Made by a program: the position numbers and the translations under genes. From NCBI GenBank assembly GCA_963966455.1, contig CAWZZK010000053.1:629-64628 (forward strand): a stretch of DNA of 64,000 nucleotides. The letters are read 5' to 3'. The DNA is from Kaistia sp. GTDB lineage: Bacteria; Pseudomonadota; Alphaproteobacteria; Rhizobiales; Kaistiaceae. The notes below the pieces were generated by a model. It was not told where the DNA came from and ran no database searches. It saw only the letters and a list, made by a program, of their open reading frames with translations. Shown piece after piece: positions 1 through 12,428 of this stretch (positions within the stretch are counted from its first letter, which is position 1; every line of letters begins with the position of its first letter).

Positions 1-1
1 G

Positions 2-148
2 CCGCATATCGACAAGAAGAGCCGCGAGCAGTTCGAGATGCGCACGCATAAGCGCCTTCTCGACATCGTCGATCCGACCCCGCAGACCGTGGACGCGCTG
101 ATGAAGCTCGACCTCGCCGCCGGCGTCGACGTCGAAATCAAGCTCTGA
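2..148 (+). CDS. rpsJ: 30S ribosomal protein S10, C-terminal fragment (5' end outside window)
   Basis: The frame starting at nt 2 translates to [48 protein letters not shown], with TGA at 146-148. This is the conserved S10 C-terminus. It lies directly upstream of rplC. Confidence 0.9.
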   Translation, partial: PHIDKKSREQFEMRTHKRLLDIVDPTPQTVDALMKLDLAAGVDVEIKL

Positions 149-161
149 GGCGAGCGAGGAC

Positions 162-869
162 ATGATGCGCTCTGGATTGATCGTACAGAAGCTGGGGATG
201 ACCCGCATCTATACGGATGCGGGCGAGCAGGTGCCGGTGACGGTGCTGAAGCTCGACAACTGCCAGGTTGTCGCCCATCGCACGGAAGACAAGAACGGCT
301 ACACGGCGGTTCAGCTCGGCAGCGGTCTGGCCAAGGTCAAGAACACGACCAAGGCGGAGCGCGGTCATTTCGCGAAGGCGGAAGTCGAGCCGAAGCGCAA
401 GGTCGCGGAGTTCCGCGTCTCGCCGGAAAACCTGATCGAGGTCGGCGCCGAGCTGACGGCCGAGCATTTCGTCGTCGGCCAGTTCGTCGACGTCTCGGGT
501 ACGTCGATCGGCAAGGGCTTCGCCGGCGTCATGAAGCGCCACAACTTCGGTGGTGGCCGCGCGACGCACGGTAACTCGGTTTCGCACCGCGTTCATGGTT
601 CGACGGGTCAGCGCCAGGATCCCGGCAAGGTCTTCAAGAACAAGAAGATGGCCGGCCATATGGGCGACGTCCGCGTCACCACGCAGAATCTCAAGGTCGT
701 GCGCACCGATGTGGAGCGCGGCCTGATCATGGTCGAGGGCGCCGTTCCCGGTGCCAAGGGCGGCTGGATCGAGGTGCGCGACGCCGTGAAGCGCGCGCTG
801 CCGAAGGAAGTGCCGTTCCCGGGCGCGTTCAAGGCGCGTGACGCGGCCGCAGCGAAGGAGACCGAGTGA
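162..869 (+). CDS. rplC: 50S ribosomal protein L3
   Basis: 235-aa ORF starting [17 protein letters not shown], a uL3 N-terminus. It follows S10 in operon order. ATG 165 is an alternative start. Confidence 0.97.
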   Translation: MMRSGLIVQKLGMTRIYTDAGEQVPVTVLKLDNCQVVAHRTEDKNGYTAVQLGSGLAKVKNTTKAERGHFAKAEVEPKRKVAEFRVSPENLIEVGAELTAEHFVVGQFVDVSGTSIGKGFAGVMKRHNFGGGRATHGNSVSHRVHGSTGQRQDPGKVFKNKKMAGHMGDVRVTTQNLKVVRTDVERGLIMVEGAVPGAKGGWIEVRDAVKRALPKEVPFPGAFKARDAAAAKETE

Positions 870-1489
870 TGGACCTGAAGGTCACCACGCTTGACGGCGG
901 TTCGGCCGGCGAGATCTCGCTCTCGGACGAGATCTTCGGCCTCGAGCCCCGCGGCGACATCCTGCAGCGCATGGTCCGCTGGCAGCTCGCTGCCCGCCAG
1001 GCCGGCACGCACAAGTCCAAGGGCCGGTCCGAGATCTCGGGCACGACCAAGAAGATGTACAAGCAGAAGGGCACCGGCGGCGCTCGCCACGGCGCCAAGA
1101 CGGCGCCGCAGTTCCGCGGCGGTGGCAAGGCCTTCGGCCCGGTGGTGCGCAGCCATGCGCATGACCTGACGAAGAAGTTCCGCCAGCTGGCCCTGAAGCA
1201 TGCGCTGTCGTCCAAGGCCCGCAGCGAGGATCTCGTGATCGTCGCCGACGTCGCCCTGGCCGAGGCCAAGACGAAGGTGGTCAAGGAGCGTTTCGCCAAG
1301 CTCGGCTGGGCGAATGCTCTGATCATCGACGGTGCGAGCGTGGACGAGAAGTTCGGCCTCGCCGCCCGCAACGTCCCGCATATCGATGTGCTGCCGGTGC
1401 AGGGCATCAATGTCTACGACATCCTGCGCCGCGAGAAGCTCGTGCTGACCAAGGCTGCGGTCGAAGCGCTCGAGGAGCGGTTCAAATGA
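866..1489 (+). CDS. rplD: 50S ribosomal protein L4
   Basis: 207-aa ORF containing the [11 protein letters not shown] block typical of uL4. Its start overlaps the rplC stop. Confidence 0.97.
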   Translation: MMDLKVTTLDGGSAGEISLSDEIFGLEPRGDILQRMVRWQLAARQAGTHKSKGRSEISGTTKKMYKQKGTGGARHGAKTAPQFRGGGKAFGPVVRSHAHDLTKKFRQLALKHALSSKARSEDLVIVADVALAEAKTKVVKERFAKLGWANALIIDGASVDEKFGLAARNVPHIDVLPVQGINVYDILRREKLVLTKAAVEALEERFK

Positions 1490-1779
1490 GCAACCCGACC
1501 CATTACGACATCATCCGCAGCCCGGTGCTGAGCGAGAAGTCGACCATCGCGACGGAACAGTCGAAGGTCGTCTTCAACGTCCTGAAGACGGCGACCAAGC
1601 CGGAGATCAAGGCGGCCGTCGAGGCGCTGTTCAAGGTCAAGGTCACGGGCGTCAACACGCTGGTCCGCAAGGGCAAGGTGAAGCGCTTCCGCGGCGTCGT
1701 CGGCAAGCAGAGCGACGTCAAGAAGGCGATCGTGACGCTGGCCGAGGGCGAGTCGATCGACGTCTCGACCGGTCTCTAA
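1486..1779 (+). CDS. rplW: 50S ribosomal protein L23
   Basis: 97-aa ORF with [14 protein letters not shown], typical of uL23. It overlaps the rplD stop. Confidence 0.96.
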   Translation: MSNPTHYDIIRSPVLSEKSTIATEQSKVVFNVLKTATKPEIKAAVEALFKVKVTGVNTLVRKGKVKRFRGVVGKQSDVKKAIVTLAEGESIDVSTGL

Positions 1780-1801
1780 GAGAGAAGAATAGGCAGAAGC
1801 C

Positions 1802-2638
1802 ATGGCTCTCAAGCATTACAAGCCGACCACGCCGGGACAGCGCCAGCTCGTTCTCGTGGACCGTTCGGAGCTCTATGCCGGCAAGCCGGTCAAGGGCCTG
1901 ACGGTTGGTCTCCGCCAGAGCGGCGGCCGCAACAATCTCGGCCGCGTCACTGCCTATGGCCGTGGCGGTGGTCACAAGCGCACCTATCGTCTCGTCGACT
2001 TCAAGCGCCGCAAGCGCGACATGACGGCGGTGGTCGAGCGCCTCGAATATGATCCGAACCGGACGGCGTTCATCGCCCTCATCAAGTATGAGGACGGCGA
2101 GCTCAGCTATATCCTGGCGCCGCAGCGCCTGGCGGTCGGCGATACGGTCGTCTCGGCGGCCCAGGCCGACGTGAAGCCCGGCAACTGCATGCCGCTCGGC
2201 GCGATGCCGGTCGGCACGATCGTCCACAATGTCGAGCTGAAGCCCGGCAAGGGCGGTCAGGTCGCGCGTTCGGCCGGCGCCTATGCGCAGTATGTCGGCC
2301 GTGACGGCGGCATGGCGATCCTGCGGCTCAACTCGGGTGAGCAGCGCCTCGTCAGCCAGGCCTGCGTCGCGACCGTCGGTGCGGTTTCGAACCCGGACCA
2401 CGCCAACATCTCGATCGGCAAGGCCGGCCGCAACCGCTGGCTCGGCAAGCGCCCGAGCGTTCGCGGCGTCGCCATGAACCCGGTCGACCATCCGCATGGT
2501 GGTGGCGAGGGTCGTACCTCGGGCGGCCGTCATCCGGTCACGCCGTGGGGCAAGCCGACCAAGGGCAAGAAGACCCGCAACAACAAGTCGACCGACAAGT
2601 TCATCGCGCGCAGCCGTCACCTGCGCAAGTCCAAGTAA
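1802..2638 (+). CDS. rplB: 50S ribosomal protein L2
   Basis: 278-aa ORF with the uL2 hallmark [13 protein letters not shown]. Confidence 0.98.
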   Translation: MALKHYKPTTPGQRQLVLVDRSELYAGKPVKGLTVGLRQSGGRNNLGRVTAYGRGGGHKRTYRLVDFKRRKRDMTAVVERLEYDPNRTAFIALIKYEDGELSYILAPQRLAVGDTVVSAAQADVKPGNCMPLGAMPVGTIVHNVELKPGKGGQVARSAGAYAQYVGRDGGMAILRLNSGEQRLVSQACVATVGAVSNPDHANISIGKAGRNRWLGKRPSVRGVAMNPVDHPHGGGEGRTSGGRHPVTPWGKPTKGKKTRNNKSTDKFIARSRHLRKSK

Positions 2639-2650
2639 GAGGGCTCGACC

Positions 2651-2929
2651 GTGTCTCGTTCAATCTGGAAAGGTCCGTTCGTCGACGGATACCTCCTGCG
2701 CAAGGCCGAGAAGAGCCGTTCTTCGGGCCGCGGCGAGGTGGTCAAGATCTGGAGCCGTCGCTCCACGATCCTGCCGCAGTTCGTCGGTCTGACCTTCGGT
2801 GTCTATAACGGCCAGAAGCACATTCCGGTCCTCGTCAACGAGGACATGGTGGGCCATAAGTTCGGCGAGTTCTCGCCGACTCGCACCTATTACGGCCACA
2901 CGGCCGACAAGAAGGCGAAGAGGAAGTAA
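2651..2929 (+). CDS. rpsS: 30S ribosomal protein S19
   Basis: 92-aa ORF with a GTG start. SIWKGPFVD and GHKFGEF are typical of uS19. Confidence 0.96.
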   Translation: MSRSIWKGPFVDGYLLRKAEKSRSSGRGEVVKIWSRRSTILPQFVGLTFGVYNGQKHIPVLVNEDMVGHKFGEFSPTRTYYGHTADKKAKRK

Positions 2930-2930
2930 G

Positions 2931-3311
2931 ATGGGCAAGCCGAAGCGCGAACGCGCGCTGAAGGAGACCGAGGCTCGTGCGATCACGCGCATGATCCGCG
3001 TCTCGCCGCGCAAGCTCAACCTCGTCGCGGCTCTGATCCGGGGCAAGAAGGCCAGCACCGCTCTCGCGGACCTGACCTTCTCGGAGAAGCGCATCGCCCG
3101 CGACGTCAAGAAGACGCTCGAGTCGGCGATCGCCAATGCCGAGAACAATCATGATCTCGACGTCGACGCGCTCGTCGTCGCCGAGGCGTTCGTCGGCAAG
3201 GCGCTCGTGATGAAGCGCTGGTCGCCGCGCGCCCGTGGCCGTGTCGGCCGGATCGAGAAGCCGTTTTCGCATCTGACGATCGTCGTGCGTGAAGCTGGGG
3301 AGGCCGCCTGA
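2931..3311 (+). CDS. rplV: 50S ribosomal protein L22
   Basis: I chose the internal ATG at 2931 of ORF 2799..3311, one nt after the rpsS stop. The product [32 protein letters not shown] is uL22-like. Confidence 0.95.
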   Translation: MGKPKRERALKETEARAITRMIRVSPRKLNLVAALIRGKKASTALADLTFSEKRIARDVKKTLESAIANAENNHDLDVDALVVAEAFVGKALVMKRWSPRARGRVGRIEKPFSHLTIVVREAGEAA

Positions 3312-4024
3312 TGGGCCAGAAAGTCAATCCGATCGGCCTGCGTCTCGGCGTCAACCGGACCTGGGACAGCCGCTGGTTCGCCAACAAGGGCGAATACGGC
3401 AAGCTACTCCACGAGGACCAGAAGATCCGCGAGGTCCTGCTGAAGGACCTCAAGCAGGCCGCGGTCTCCAAGATCGTGATCGAGCGTCCGCACAAGAAGT
3501 GCCGCGTGACGATCCACTCGGCGCGTCCGGGTATCGTGATCGGCAAGAAGGGCGCCGATATCGAGAAGCTGCGCAAGACGGTCGGCAAGCTGACCGACAG
3601 CGAAGTGCACATCAACATCGTCGAGGTCCGGAAGCCGGAGATCGACGCGAACCTGGTGGCCGCTTCGATCGCGCAGCAGCTGGAGCGCCGCGTCGCCTTC
3701 CGCCGTGCCATGAAGCGCGCCGTTCAGTCGGCGATGCGTCTTGGCGCCGAGGGCATCCGCATCAACGCTTCGGGCCGCCTCGGCGGCGCGGAAATCGCCC
3801 GCCTCGAGTGGTATCGCGAGGGGCGTGTGCCGCTGCACACGCTGCGCGCCGATATCGACTACGGCACCGCGACGGCGCACACGGCCTATGGCACGTGCGG
3901 CATCAAGGTCTGGATCTTCAAGGGCGAGATCCTGGAGCATGACCCGATGGCGTCCGAGCGTCGCCAGACGGAAGGCAACGAGCAGGGCTCGGGCAGCGGT
4001 CGCCGCCGCGATAATGCGGCCTGA
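3311..4024 (+). CDS. rpsC: 30S ribosomal protein S3
   Basis: 237-aa ORF starting [13 protein letters not shown], typical of uS3. Its start overlaps the rplV stop. Confidence 0.98.
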   Translation: MGQKVNPIGLRLGVNRTWDSRWFANKGEYGKLLHEDQKIREVLLKDLKQAAVSKIVIERPHKKCRVTIHSARPGIVIGKKGADIEKLRKTVGKLTDSEVHINIVEVRKPEIDANLVAASIAQQLERRVAFRRAMKRAVQSAMRLGAEGIRINASGRLGGAEIARLEWYREGRVPLHTLRADIDYGTATAHTAYGTCGIKVWIFKGEILEHDPMASERRQTEGNEQGSGSGRRRDNAA

Positions 4025-4055
4025 CGAGCGCCACTGAAGCCGAGAGAGAAGCAAA

Positions 4056-4469
4056 ATGCTGCAACCGAAGCGCACCAAGTTCCGCAAGCAGTTCAAGGGC
4101 CGGATCCACGGCGTCGCCAAGGGCGGCACGGACCTGAACTTCGGCGGTTTCGGGCTCAAGGCGCTCGAGCCCGAGCGCGTCACCGCGCGTCAGATCGAGG
4201 CGGCACGCCGCGCGATCACCCGCGCCATGAAGCGCGCCGGCCGCGTCTGGATCCGCGTGTTCCCGGATGTTCCGGTCACCGCGAAGCCGACCGAAGTCCG
4301 CATGGGCAAGGGCAAGGGCGCGCCTGAATACTGGGCGGCGCGCATCAAGCCGGGCCGCATCATGTTCGAGGTGGACGGCGTCGACGAGGAGACGGCCCGC
4401 GAGGCGCTGCGTCTCGGCGCGGCGAAGCTGCCGATCAAGACGCGCTTCATCCAGCGCATCGCCGACTGA
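4056..4469 (+). CDS. rplP: 50S ribosomal protein L16
   Basis: 137-aa ORF starting [16 protein letters not shown], typical of uL16. Confidence 0.98.
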   Translation: MLQPKRTKFRKQFKGRIHGVAKGGTDLNFGGFGLKALEPERVTARQIEAARRAITRAMKRAGRVWIRVFPDVPVTAKPTEVRMGKGKGAPEYWAARIKPGRIMFEVDGVDEETAREALRLGAAKLPIKTRFIQRIAD

Positions 4470-4495
4470 AGCGGCGAACGGACGAGGACAGAGCC

Positions 4496-4696
4496 ATGAA
4501 GGCGAAAGACGTTCGGCTGCAGACGGCCGACCAGCTCGAGACCGAGCTGGCCAATCTGAAGAAGGAGCAGTTCAACCTGCGCTTCCAGAAGGCCACCGGT
4601 CAGCTCGAGAACACCTCGCGCGTGCGGCAGGTTCGCCGTGACATCGCGCGCATCAAGACCATCGCCGCGCAGAAGCGCGCCGCGGACCAGGGCTGA
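4496..4696 (+). CDS. rpmC: 50S ribosomal protein L29
   Basis: 66-aa ORF in the expected position between rplP and rpsQ. The helical KEQFNLRFQ motif fits uL29. Confidence 0.95.
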   Translation: MKAKDVRLQTADQLETELANLKKEQFNLRFQKATGQLENTSRVRQVRRDIARIKTIAAQKRAADQG

Positions 4697-4706
4697 GGAG
4701 ACGAAG

Positions 4707-4955
4707 ATGCCGAAACGCGTTCTGCAGGGCAACGTCGTCAGCGATGCCAATGACAAGACCGTCGTCGTGCTGGTCGAGCGCCGCTTCACGCATCCCGTGC
4801 TGAAGAAGACGGTGCGCCGGTCGAAGAAGTACCAGGCCCATGACGAGGCCAATAGCTACAAGGTCGGCGATACCGTCTTCATCGAGGAGTCGAAGCCGAT
4901 CTCGAAGAACAAGCGCTGGGTCGTAGTCGGCACCGAACTGCCGACGGGCGAGTAA
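4707..4955 (+). CDS. rpsQ: 30S ribosomal protein S17
   Basis: I chose ATG 4707 inside ORF 4638..4955. The product [21 protein letters not shown] is uS17-like. Confidence 0.95.
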   Translation: MPKRVLQGNVVSDANDKTVVVLVERRFTHPVLKKTVRRSKKYQAHDEANSYKVGDTVFIEESKPISKNKRWVVVGTELPTGE

Positions 4956-5027
4956 GCACGGAAGAGGTTCGTCGCGGCTCGTCCCTGGTGAGGGGCGGGC
5001 AGTGACCATGAAAGTAGGCGGCCAGTC

Positions 5028-5396
5028 ATGATTCAGATGCAGACTAACCTCGACGTGGCGGATAACTCCGGCGCTCGTCGTGTGATGTGCATCAAGGTTC
5101 TCGGCGGTTCCAAGCGGAAATACGCCTCGGTCGGCGACATCATCGTCGTGTCGATCAAGGAGGCGATCCCGCGCGGTCGCGTGAAGAAGGGCGACGTCAT
5201 GAAGGCGGTCGTCGTGCGCACCGCGAAGGATATCCGCCGTCCCGACGGCAGCGTCATCCGCTTCGACAAGAATGCGGCGGTGCTGATCAACAATCAGAAG
5301 GAGCCGATCGGGACTCGTATCTTCGGGCCGGTGCCGCGCGAGCTTCGCGCGAAGAACCACATGAAGATCATCTCGCTCGCGCCAGAGGTGCTGTAA
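5028..5396 (+). CDS. rplN: 50S ribosomal protein L14
   Basis: 122-aa ORF starting [17 protein letters not shown], typical of uL14. Confidence 0.98.
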   Translation: MIQMQTNLDVADNSGARRVMCIKVLGGSKRKYASVGDIIVVSIKEAIPRGRVKKGDVMKAVVVRTAKDIRRPDGSVIRFDKNAAVLINNQKEPIGTRIFGPVPRELRAKNHMKIISLAPEVL

Positions 5397-5713
5397 TGGC
5401 TGCCAAGATCAAGAAAGGCGACAACGTCGTCGTCCTGACCGGCAAGGACAAGGGCAAGACCGGCGAGGTGCTCAGCGTGCACCCGGCCGAGGAGCGGGCT
5501 GTCGTGCGCGGCGTCAATCTCGCGCGCCGGCACCAGAAGCAGACTGCGAGCGAGCAGGGCGGGATCGTCTCCAAGGAGCTCACGATCCACCTCTCGAACA
5601 TCGCGATCGCCGACCCCAAGGACGGCAAGCCGACCCGGGTTGGTTTCAAGGTTACCGAAGACGGGCGCAAGCAACGCGTCGCAAAACGTTCGGGAGATGT
5701 GATCGATGGCTGA
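5396..5713 (+). CDS. rplX: 50S ribosomal protein L24
   Basis: ATG 5396 overlaps the rplN TAA (TAATG). The product [21 protein letters not shown] is uL24-like. Confidence 0.95.
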   Translation: MAAKIKKGDNVVVLTGKDKGKTGEVLSVHPAEERAVVRGVNLARRHQKQTASEQGGIVSKELTIHLSNIAIADPKDGKPTRVGFKVTEDGRKQRVAKRSGDVIDG

Positions 5714-6263
5714 GGCAGCTTACGAGCCGCGGCTCAAGAAGTTCTACGAGGACGAGGTCCGTCAGAAGCTTGTCGCCGAGTTCGGCTACAAGAACGAGAT
5801 GGAGATTCCGCGTCTCGACAAGATCGTGCTCAACATGGGCATCGGCGAGGCGGTGAACGATTCCAAGAAGGTCGGCACGGCCCTCGCGGATCTCGCGCAG
5901 ATCGCCGGCCAGAAGCCAGCCGTCACCCGCGCCCGCAAGTCGATCGCGACCTTCAAGGTCCGCGAGCAGATGCCGATCGGCGGCAAGGTGACGCTGCGCA
6001 AGGCGCGGATGTTCGAGTTCCTCGATCGCCTCGTCACGATCGCGCTGCCGCGCGTCCGCGACTTCCGTGGTCTCAATCCGAAGAGCTTCGACGGCCGTGG
6101 CAACTACGCCCTGGGCATCAAGGAGCACATCATCTTCCCGGAGATCAATTACGACAAGGTCGACCAGGTCTGGGGCATGGACGTCATCGTCTGCACCACG
6201 GCCAAGACGGACGAGGAAGCGCGCGCCCTTCTGAAGGCGCTCAACTTCCCGTTCCGCCAGTAA
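5706..6263 (+). CDS. rplE: 50S ribosomal protein L5
   Basis: 185-aa ORF in the uL5 position of the spc operon. It overlaps the rplX end. Confidence 0.97.
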   Translation: MAEAAYEPRLKKFYEDEVRQKLVAEFGYKNEMEIPRLDKIVLNMGIGEAVNDSKKVGTALADLAQIAGQKPAVTRARKSIATFKVREQMPIGGKVTLRKARMFEFLDRLVTIALPRVRDFRGLNPKSFDGRGNYALGIKEHIIFPEINYDKVDQVWGMDVIVCTTAKTDEEARALLKALNFPFRQ

Positions 6264-6288
6264 GTCGCCGGGAAAGGATCAGGACGAG

Positions 6289-6594
6289 ATGGCCAAGAAG
6301 AGCTCCATCGAGAAGAACAACCGGCGCCGCGCGCTGGCGAAGCAGTATGCCAGCCGCCGCATCAAGCTGAAGGCAGTCGCCAACGACGAGAGCCTGCCTC
6401 TGGAGGAGCGCTTCCAGGCGCGCCTCAAGCTGGCCGAGCTGCCGCGCAATTCCTCGCCGACGCGCATCCGCAACCGTTGCGAGGTCACCGGCCGTCCGCG
6501 TGGCGTCTACCGGAAGCTGAAGATGTCGCGCATCGCGCTTCGCGAACTCGGGTCGCTGGGTCTTATCCCGGGCCTGGTCAAGTCGAGCTGGTAA
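6289..6594 (+). CDS. rpsN: 30S ribosomal protein S14 (long form)
   Basis: 101-aa ORF starting [13 protein letters not shown] and ending GLVKSSW, typical of uS14. Confidence 0.96.
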   Translation: MAKKSSIEKNNRRRALAKQYASRRIKLKAVANDESLPLEERFQARLKLAELPRNSSPTRIRNRCEVTGRPRGVYRKLKMSRIALRELGSLGLIPGLVKSSW

Positions 6595-6607
6595 GGAGAA
6601 CGGTCCG

Positions 6608-7006
6608 ATGACGATGACCGATCCTTTGGGTGATATGCTCACCCGCATTCGCAACGCGCAGCTGCGCCGGCAGTCGAAGGTCTCCACGCCTTCGTCCAAG
6701 CTGCGCCAGCATGTGCTCGAGGTCCTCCAGCAGGAGGGCTATATCCGCGGCTTCGCGACCGTCGACCACGGCGATGGCAAGGCCGAGATCGAGATCGAGC
6801 TGAAGTATTTCGACGGCGAGCCGGTGATCCGGACGATCGAGCGTGTCTCGAAGCCGGGCCGCCGCGTCTATGCTTCCGTGAAGAGCATTCCGCGCGTCAA
6901 GAATGGCCTCGGCGTGTCGATCCTGTCGACGCCCAAGGGTGTGATGTCGGATGCCGACGCCCGCGAACAGAATGTCGGCGGAGAAGTTCTCTGCCAGGTG
7001 TTCTGA
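6608..7006 (+). CDS. rpsH: 30S ribosomal protein S8
   Basis: 132-aa ORF with [13 protein letters not shown], typical of uS8. Confidence 0.97.
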   Translation: MTMTDPLGDMLTRIRNAQLRRQSKVSTPSSKLRQHVLEVLQQEGYIRGFATVDHGDGKAEIEIELKYFDGEPVIRTIERVSKPGRRVYASVKSIPRVKNGLGVSILSTPKGVMSDADAREQNVGGEVLCQVF

Positions 7007-7046
7007 TCCGGCCCCCAGCGCAACACGAACCGGACGGATTGGTCTG

Positions 7047-7580
<534 letters not shown>

Positions 7581-7592
7581 ACGGAGCCCGTC

Positions 7593-7949
7593 ATGGCCAA
7601 CATCCAGAAGGACCGGCGCGCCGCGCGTGTCCGCCGTGCGCTCCGCAAGGTGGCGGGAGAGCGTCCGCGCCTCTCGGTCCACCGCTCGTCGGAGCATATC
7701 TACGCCCAGGTGATCGATGATGCCGAGGGCCGTACCCTCGCCGCCGCCTCGACGCTCGAGAAGGACCTGCGCAGCTCGCTGAAGACCGGTGCCGACAAGG
7801 CAGCGGCCGAGGCGGTCGGCAAGCTGGTCGCGGAGCGGGCCAAGGCGGCCGGCGTGACGGCGGTCGTGTTCGACCGCGGTCCGTACCTCTTCCATGGCCG
7901 CGTCAAGGCGCTGGCCGACGGAGCGCGCGAGGGCGGGCTCGAATTCTGA
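7593..7949 (+). CDS. rplR: 50S ribosomal protein L18
   Basis: 118-aa ORF in the uL18 position. It has the C-terminal [26 protein letters not shown]. Confidence 0.96.
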   Translation: MANIQKDRRAARVRRALRKVAGERPRLSVHRSSEHIYAQVIDDAEGRTLAAASTLEKDLRSSLKTGADKAAAEAVGKLVAERAKAAGVTAVVFDRGPYLFHGRVKALADGAREGGLEF

Positions 7950-7999
7950 CGCGACCTTCGGGGCGCGACTAACGGAACAACAGGACGATTGGGATTTCG

Positions 8000-8548
8000 A
8001 TGGCCAGAGAGCAGCGGGAAGAGCGCGACAGCGAATTCGTCGACAAGCTCGTTCACATCAATCGCGTCGCGAAGGTGGTGAAGGGCGGCCGGCGGTTCGG
8101 TTTCGCCGCCCTCGTCGTCGTCGGCGACCAGAAGGGCCGGGTCGGGTTCGGCCATGGCAAGGCGCGCGAAGTGCCGGAGGCGATCCGCAAGGCGACCGAG
8201 GCCGCCAAGCGCTCGCTCGTCCGCGTGCCGCTGCGTGACGGCCGCACCCTGCATCACGACGTGTTCGGCCGTCATGGCGCCGGCCGCGTGTTCCTGCGCG
8301 CCGCCCCTCCCGGCACCGGCATCATCGCCGGCGGCCCGATGCGCGCCGTGTTCGAGACGCTCGGCGTCCAGGACGTGGTGGCGAAGTCGATGGGCTCGTC
8401 GAACCCCTACAACATGGTGCGTGCCACCTTCGCCGCTCTCGCGGCCGAGGACAGCCCGCGCTCCGTCGCGGCCCGCCGCGGCATCAAGGTCTCCGTGCTT
8501 CAGTCCCGCCGCGGCGGGAGCGAGGCCGATGTGGCCGCCGAGGCCTGA
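8000..8548 (+). CDS. rpsE: 30S ribosomal protein S5
   Basis: 182-aa ORF with [24 protein letters not shown], typical of uS5. Confidence 0.97.
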   Translation: MAREQREERDSEFVDKLVHINRVAKVVKGGRRFGFAALVVVGDQKGRVGFGHGKAREVPEAIRKATEAAKRSLVRVPLRDGRTLHHDVFGRHGAGRVFLRAAPPGTGIIAGGPMRAVFETLGVQDVVAKSMGSSNPYNMVRATFAALAAEDSPRSVAARRGIKVSVLQSRRGGSEADVAAEA

Positions 8549-8577
8549 TCGGCCGCGAGGAAGTCGAGGAACTGACC

Positions 8578-8769
8578 ATGGCCAATGAAAAGACGCTCGT
8601 CATCGAGCAGATCGCCAGCCCCATCCGCCGTCCGGCCGAGCAGCGCGCCACGCTGATCGGCCTCGGCCTCAACCGGATCCGTCGCCGTTCGACGCTGCAG
8701 GACACGCCTGCGGTTCGCGGCATGATTGCCAAGGTGGCCCATCTCGTCCGCGTCGTGGACGAGGCGTGA
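8578..8769 (+). CDS. rpmD: 50S ribosomal protein L30
   Basis: 63-aa ORF in the uL30 position, between rpsE and rplO. Confidence 0.93.
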   Translation: MANEKTLVIEQIASPIRRPAEQRATLIGLGLNRIRRRSTLQDTPAVRGMIAKVAHLVRVVDEA

Positions 8770-8789
8770 GCCATAGAAGGACCACTTCG

Positions 8790-9275
8790 ATGAAGCTCAA
8801 CGAGATCAACGACAACCCGGGCGCCCACAAGGAGCGCATCCGCGTCGGACGTGGCATCGGTTCCGGCAAGGGCAAGACGGGCGGCCGTGGCGTCAAGGGC
8901 CAGAAGTCGCGCACCGGCGTCGCCATCAAGGGCTTCGAGGGTGGCCAGATGCCGCTGCATCGGCGCCTGCCGAAGCGCGGCTTCAACAACATCTTCGCGC
9001 TCGACTTCAACGAGGTCGGCCTCGGCCGCATCCAGGCCGCGCTTGACGCGGGCAAGCTGGAAGCCGGCACGGTCGTCACCGCGGAGTCGCTGAAGGCTGC
9101 TGGCGTGATCCGCCGCGTCAAGGACGGCGTGCGCATCCTCGGCTCGGGCGAGCTCAAGGCTGCGGTGACCTTCGAGGTCGCCGGCGCGTCGAAGCCGGCC
9201 ATCGAGGCGATCGAGAAGCTCGGCGGTTCGCTCAAGGTTCTCGCTCCGAAGGCCGCCGAAGCCGCGGCCGAGTGA
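8790..9275 (+). CDS. rplO: 50S ribosomal protein L15
   Basis: ATG 8790 is preceded by a GAAGGA Shine-Dalgarno. The product [22 protein letters not shown] is uL15-like. Confidence 0.95.
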   Translation: MKLNEINDNPGAHKERIRVGRGIGSGKGKTGGRGVKGQKSRTGVAIKGFEGGQMPLHRRLPKRGFNNIFALDFNEVGLGRIQAALDAGKLEAGTVVTAESLKAAGVIRRVKDGVRILGSGELKAAVTFEVAGASKPAIEAIEKLGGSLKVLAPKAAEAAAE

Positions 9276-9389
9276 CGCGCTGAGCGCATCCGTGGTCGGG
9301 ACGCCGCTTGATTCGGCGTCTCCGAAAGCCCCGTTTATGTCCCTCTCCGGACCTGGGGTCCCTGACTCGGGGCCCGATCGGAGCGGCGA

Positions 9390-10721
9390 ATGGCTTCTGC
9401 GGCTGAACAACTTGCGGCCAATCTCAATTTCGGCGCCTTCGCCAAGGCCGATGCGCTCAAGAAGCGCATCTGGTTCACGCTGGGTGCGCTGATCGTCTAC
9501 CGCCTCGGCACCTATATCCCGCTGCCGGGCATCAATCCGGATGCGCTGGCGAGCGCGTTCAGCGGCCAGCAGTCCGGTATTCTCGGCCTGTTCAACATGT
9601 TCTCGGGCGGTGCCGTCGGTCGCATGGCGATCTTCGCGCTCGGAATCATGCCCTATATCTCGGCGTCCATCATCATCCAGCTGATGACGTCGATCGTGCC
9701 CAGCCTCGACGCCCTGAAGAAGGAAGGCGAGGCCGGCCGCAAGATCATCAATCAGTACACGCGCTACGGCACGGTGCTGCTGGCCGTCGTGCAGGCCTAT
9801 GGCATCGCCGTGGGTCTCGAGGGCGGAACCAACATCGTCATCGATCCGGGCCTGTTCTTCCGCATCACCGCGGTGCTCACGCTGACGGGCGGCACGATGT
9901 TCCTGATGTGGCTCGGCGAGCAGATCACGTCGCGCGGCATCGGCAACGGTATTTCGCTGATCATCTTCGCCGGCATCGTCGCGAACCTGCCGCATGCGCT
10001 GGCCGGCATGCTCGACCTGACGCGCCAGGGCGCCATGCCGGTCTGGGTCATCGCGCTGGTCGCCATCGTCGCCGTCGCCGCGATCCTGTTCATCGTGTTC
10101 ATGGAGCGGGCGCAGCGCCGCCTGATTATCCAGTATCCGAAGCGCCAGGTCGGCAACCGCATCTTCCAGGGCGAATCCTCGCATCTGCCGCTGAAGCTGA
10201 ACACCGCCGGCGTCATCCCGCCGATCTTCGCGTCGTCGCTGCTGCTGCTGCCGGCTACCGTCGCGAACTTCACGCAGGGTCAGGGTCCGGGCTGGTTCAA
10301 CACGATCGTGGCGCTGCTCGGCCATGGCACGATCCTCTACATGGCGCTCTATGCCGCCATGATCGTGTTCTTCGCCTTCTTCTACACGGCGATCGTTTTC
10401 AACCCTTCGGACACGGCCGACAATCTGAAGAAGCATGGCGGCTTCGTGCCGGGTATCCGCCCCGGCCAGCGCACGGCCGAATATATCGACTATGTGCTGA
10501 CGCGAATCACCGTGCTGGGCGCGGCCTATCTGGTGATCGTCTGCCTGCTGCCGGAATTCCTGATCTCGGCGACCCATGTGCCGTTCTATTTCGGCGGAAC
10601 GTCGCTGCTGATCGTCGTCAATGTGACGATGGATACCGTGTCGCAGATTCAGGGCCACCTGCTGGCGCACCAGTATGAAGGTCTGGTCAAGCGGTCGAAG
10701 CTGAAGGGGAAGAGGCGATGA
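9390..10721 (+). CDS. secY: preprotein translocase subunit SecY
   Basis: 443-aa polytopic ORF with the conserved SecY N-terminal block [24 protein letters not shown]. It follows rplO as expected. Confidence 0.98.
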   Translation: MASAAEQLAANLNFGAFAKADALKKRIWFTLGALIVYRLGTYIPLPGINPDALASAFSGQQSGILGLFNMFSGGAVGRMAIFALGIMPYISASIIIQLMTSIVPSLDALKKEGEAGRKIINQYTRYGTVLLAVVQAYGIAVGLEGGTNIVIDPGLFFRITAVLTLTGGTMFLMWLGEQITSRGIGNGISLIIFAGIVANLPHALAGMLDLTRQGAMPVWVIALVAIVAVAAILFIVFMERAQRRLIIQYPKRQVGNRIFQGESSHLPLKLNTAGVIPPIFASSLLLLPATVANFTQGQGPGWFNTIVALLGHGTILYMALYAAMIVFFAFFYTAIVFNPSDTADNLKKHGGFVPGIRPGQRTAEYIDYVLTRITVLGAAYLVIVCLLPEFLISATHVPFYFGGTSLLIVVNVTMDTVSQIQGHLLAHQYEGLVKRSKLKGKRR

Positions 10722-11323
10722 GACTGATCCTGCTCGGACCACCGGGGGCTGGTAAGGGCACTCAGTCTGCTCGTCTCGTGCAGGAATACGGCATCCCGCA
10801 GCTGTCGACCGGCGACATGCTGCGGGCCGCGGTTGCGGCGGGAACGCCGGTCGGTCTTCGGGCCAAGGCGATCATGGATGCCGGCAATCTCGTCTCCGAC
10901 GAGGTGGTGATCGGTATCGTCGCCGACCGGATTGACCAGGCGGATGCCCGCAAGGGGTTCATTCTCGACGGGTTCCCGCGCACGATCGCCCAGGCGGATG
11001 CGCTGGAGGCGATGCTGGCGGGCAAGGGCCTCAAGCTCGATGTCGTCATCGAACTCAAGGTCGACCAGACCAAGCTCATCGACCGGATCGTGAAGCGCGC
11101 CGAGGAGACGAAGGCGCGGGGTGAGCCGGTTCGCAAGGACGACGATCCGGAGGTCTTCAAAACCCGGCTCGAAGCCTATCGGCGGGACACCGCGGCGATC
11201 GCCCCTTATTACAAGGAGCGGGGTCGTCTGATCGAGATCGACGGGATGCGGTCGATCGACGATGTCTGGGCCGATATCAAAAAGACGGTCACGCCTCTTG
11301 ACGAGGCTGTCGCGAGCCGATAA
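10718..11323 (+). CDS. adk: adenylate kinase (short-lid type)
   Basis: 201-aa ORF starting [16 protein letters not shown] (P-loop). It overlaps the secY stop. Confidence 0.97.
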   Translation: MRLILLGPPGAGKGTQSARLVQEYGIPQLSTGDMLRAAVAAGTPVGLRAKAIMDAGNLVSDEVVIGIVADRIDQADARKGFILDGFPRTIAQADALEAMLAGKGLKLDVVIELKVDQTKLIDRIVKRAEETKARGEPVRKDDDPEVFKTRLEAYRRDTAAIAPYYKERGRLIEIDGMRSIDDVWADIKKTVTPLDEAVASR

Positions 11324-11465
11324 GGGTCGCGGCTCAATCCGGCCGGCGCTGTCCCTCGATCAGGAACGGCGCTGTTTGCCGTGAACAATAAGTCCGCAAG
11401 GGCCGGCCTCCACCGGACGCGGACATAACCGCCGCCCGCAAGGGTGGCCTCACATGGAGACGGCA

Positions 11466-11834
11466 ATGGCCCGTATCGCAGGCGTCAACATTCCGACGAA
11501 CAAGCGCGTGATCATCGCGCTTCAGTACATCCACGGCATCGGCGCCAAGAACGCCAAGGACATCGTGGAGAAGGTCGGTATCGATCCTTCGCGTCGCGTC
11601 AACGAGCTTTCGGACGCGGAAGTCCTGCAGATTCGCGAGACGATCGACCGCGACTACGTCGTGGAAGGCGATCTGCGCCGCGAAGTGGCCATGAACATCA
11701 AGCGGCTGATGGACCTCGGCGCGTATCGCGGCCTGCGTCATCGCCGTGGCCTGCCGGTCCGCGGCCAGCGCACGCATACCAATGCGCGCACCCGCAAGGG
11801 CCCGGCCAAGCCGATCGCCGGCAAGAAGAAGTAA
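11466..11834 (+). CDS. rpsM: 30S ribosomal protein S13
   Basis: I chose ATG 11466 inside ORF 11454..11834. The product [15 protein letters not shown] is uS13-like. Confidence 0.96.
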   Translation: MARIAGVNIPTNKRVIIALQYIHGIGAKNAKDIVEKVGIDPSRRVNELSDAEVLQIRETIDRDYVVEGDLRREVAMNIKRLMDLGAYRGLRHRRGLPVRGQRTHTNARTRKGPAKPIAGKKK

Positions 11835-11914
11835 TTCGCGAGCTAAGGGGCGCTATGCCCCCGGTGGAGCCGCCGGCATTACGGCGGTGACGAGATCGAA
11901 CCCAAGGATAGAGA

Positions 11915-12304
11915 ATGGCTAAGGACACCACGCGCGTACGCCGCCGCGAGCGCAAGAACATCTCCTCCGGCGTCGCGCATGTGAACTCGACGTTCAACAA
12001 CACCATGATCACCATCACCGACGCGCAGGGGAACACGATCTCCTGGTCGTCTGCCGGAATGATGGGCTTCAAGGGCTCGCGCAAGTCGACGCCGTATGCG
12101 GCGCAGATGGCTGCCGAGGATGCGAGCCGCAAGGCCGCCGAGCACGGCATGAAGACCCTCGAGGTCGAGGTTTCGGGTCCGGGTTCGGGCCGCGAGTCGG
12201 CGCTGCGCGCGCTGCAGGCCGCCGGCTTCACGATCACCTCCATCCGCGACGTCACGCCGATTGCCCATAACGGCTGCCGTCCGCGCAAGCGTCGCCGCGT
12301 CTGA
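11915..12304 (+). CDS. rpsK: 30S ribosomal protein S11
   Basis: 129-aa ORF with [18 protein letters not shown], typical of uS11. Confidence 0.97.
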   Translation: MAKDTTRVRRRERKNISSGVAHVNSTFNNTMITITDAQGNTISWSSAGMMGFKGSRKSTPYAAQMAAEDASRKAAEHGMKTLEVEVSGPGSGRESALRALQAAGFTITSIRDVTPIAHNGCRPRKRRRV

Positions 12305-12428
12305 CGGCTCTCGCCGGCGCCCGGGAACGGGGGCCGGCCTTTTGCGCTTCGGCATTGCGCCCGCGGCTTCACCCGGGCGACGGCCCGCCGGTCCGAACGG
12401 CGGCGCCTGAGATGGAAAGGATACGGTC

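Noticed and set aside
8484-10742. 752-aa ORF on the minus strand, antisense to rplO, secY and adk.
   Set aside because: It fully overlaps strongly recognisable genes. The translation is Arg/Asp/His/Gly-rich low complexity with no motifs. This is typical of antisense frames in high-GC DNA, where stop codons are rare.
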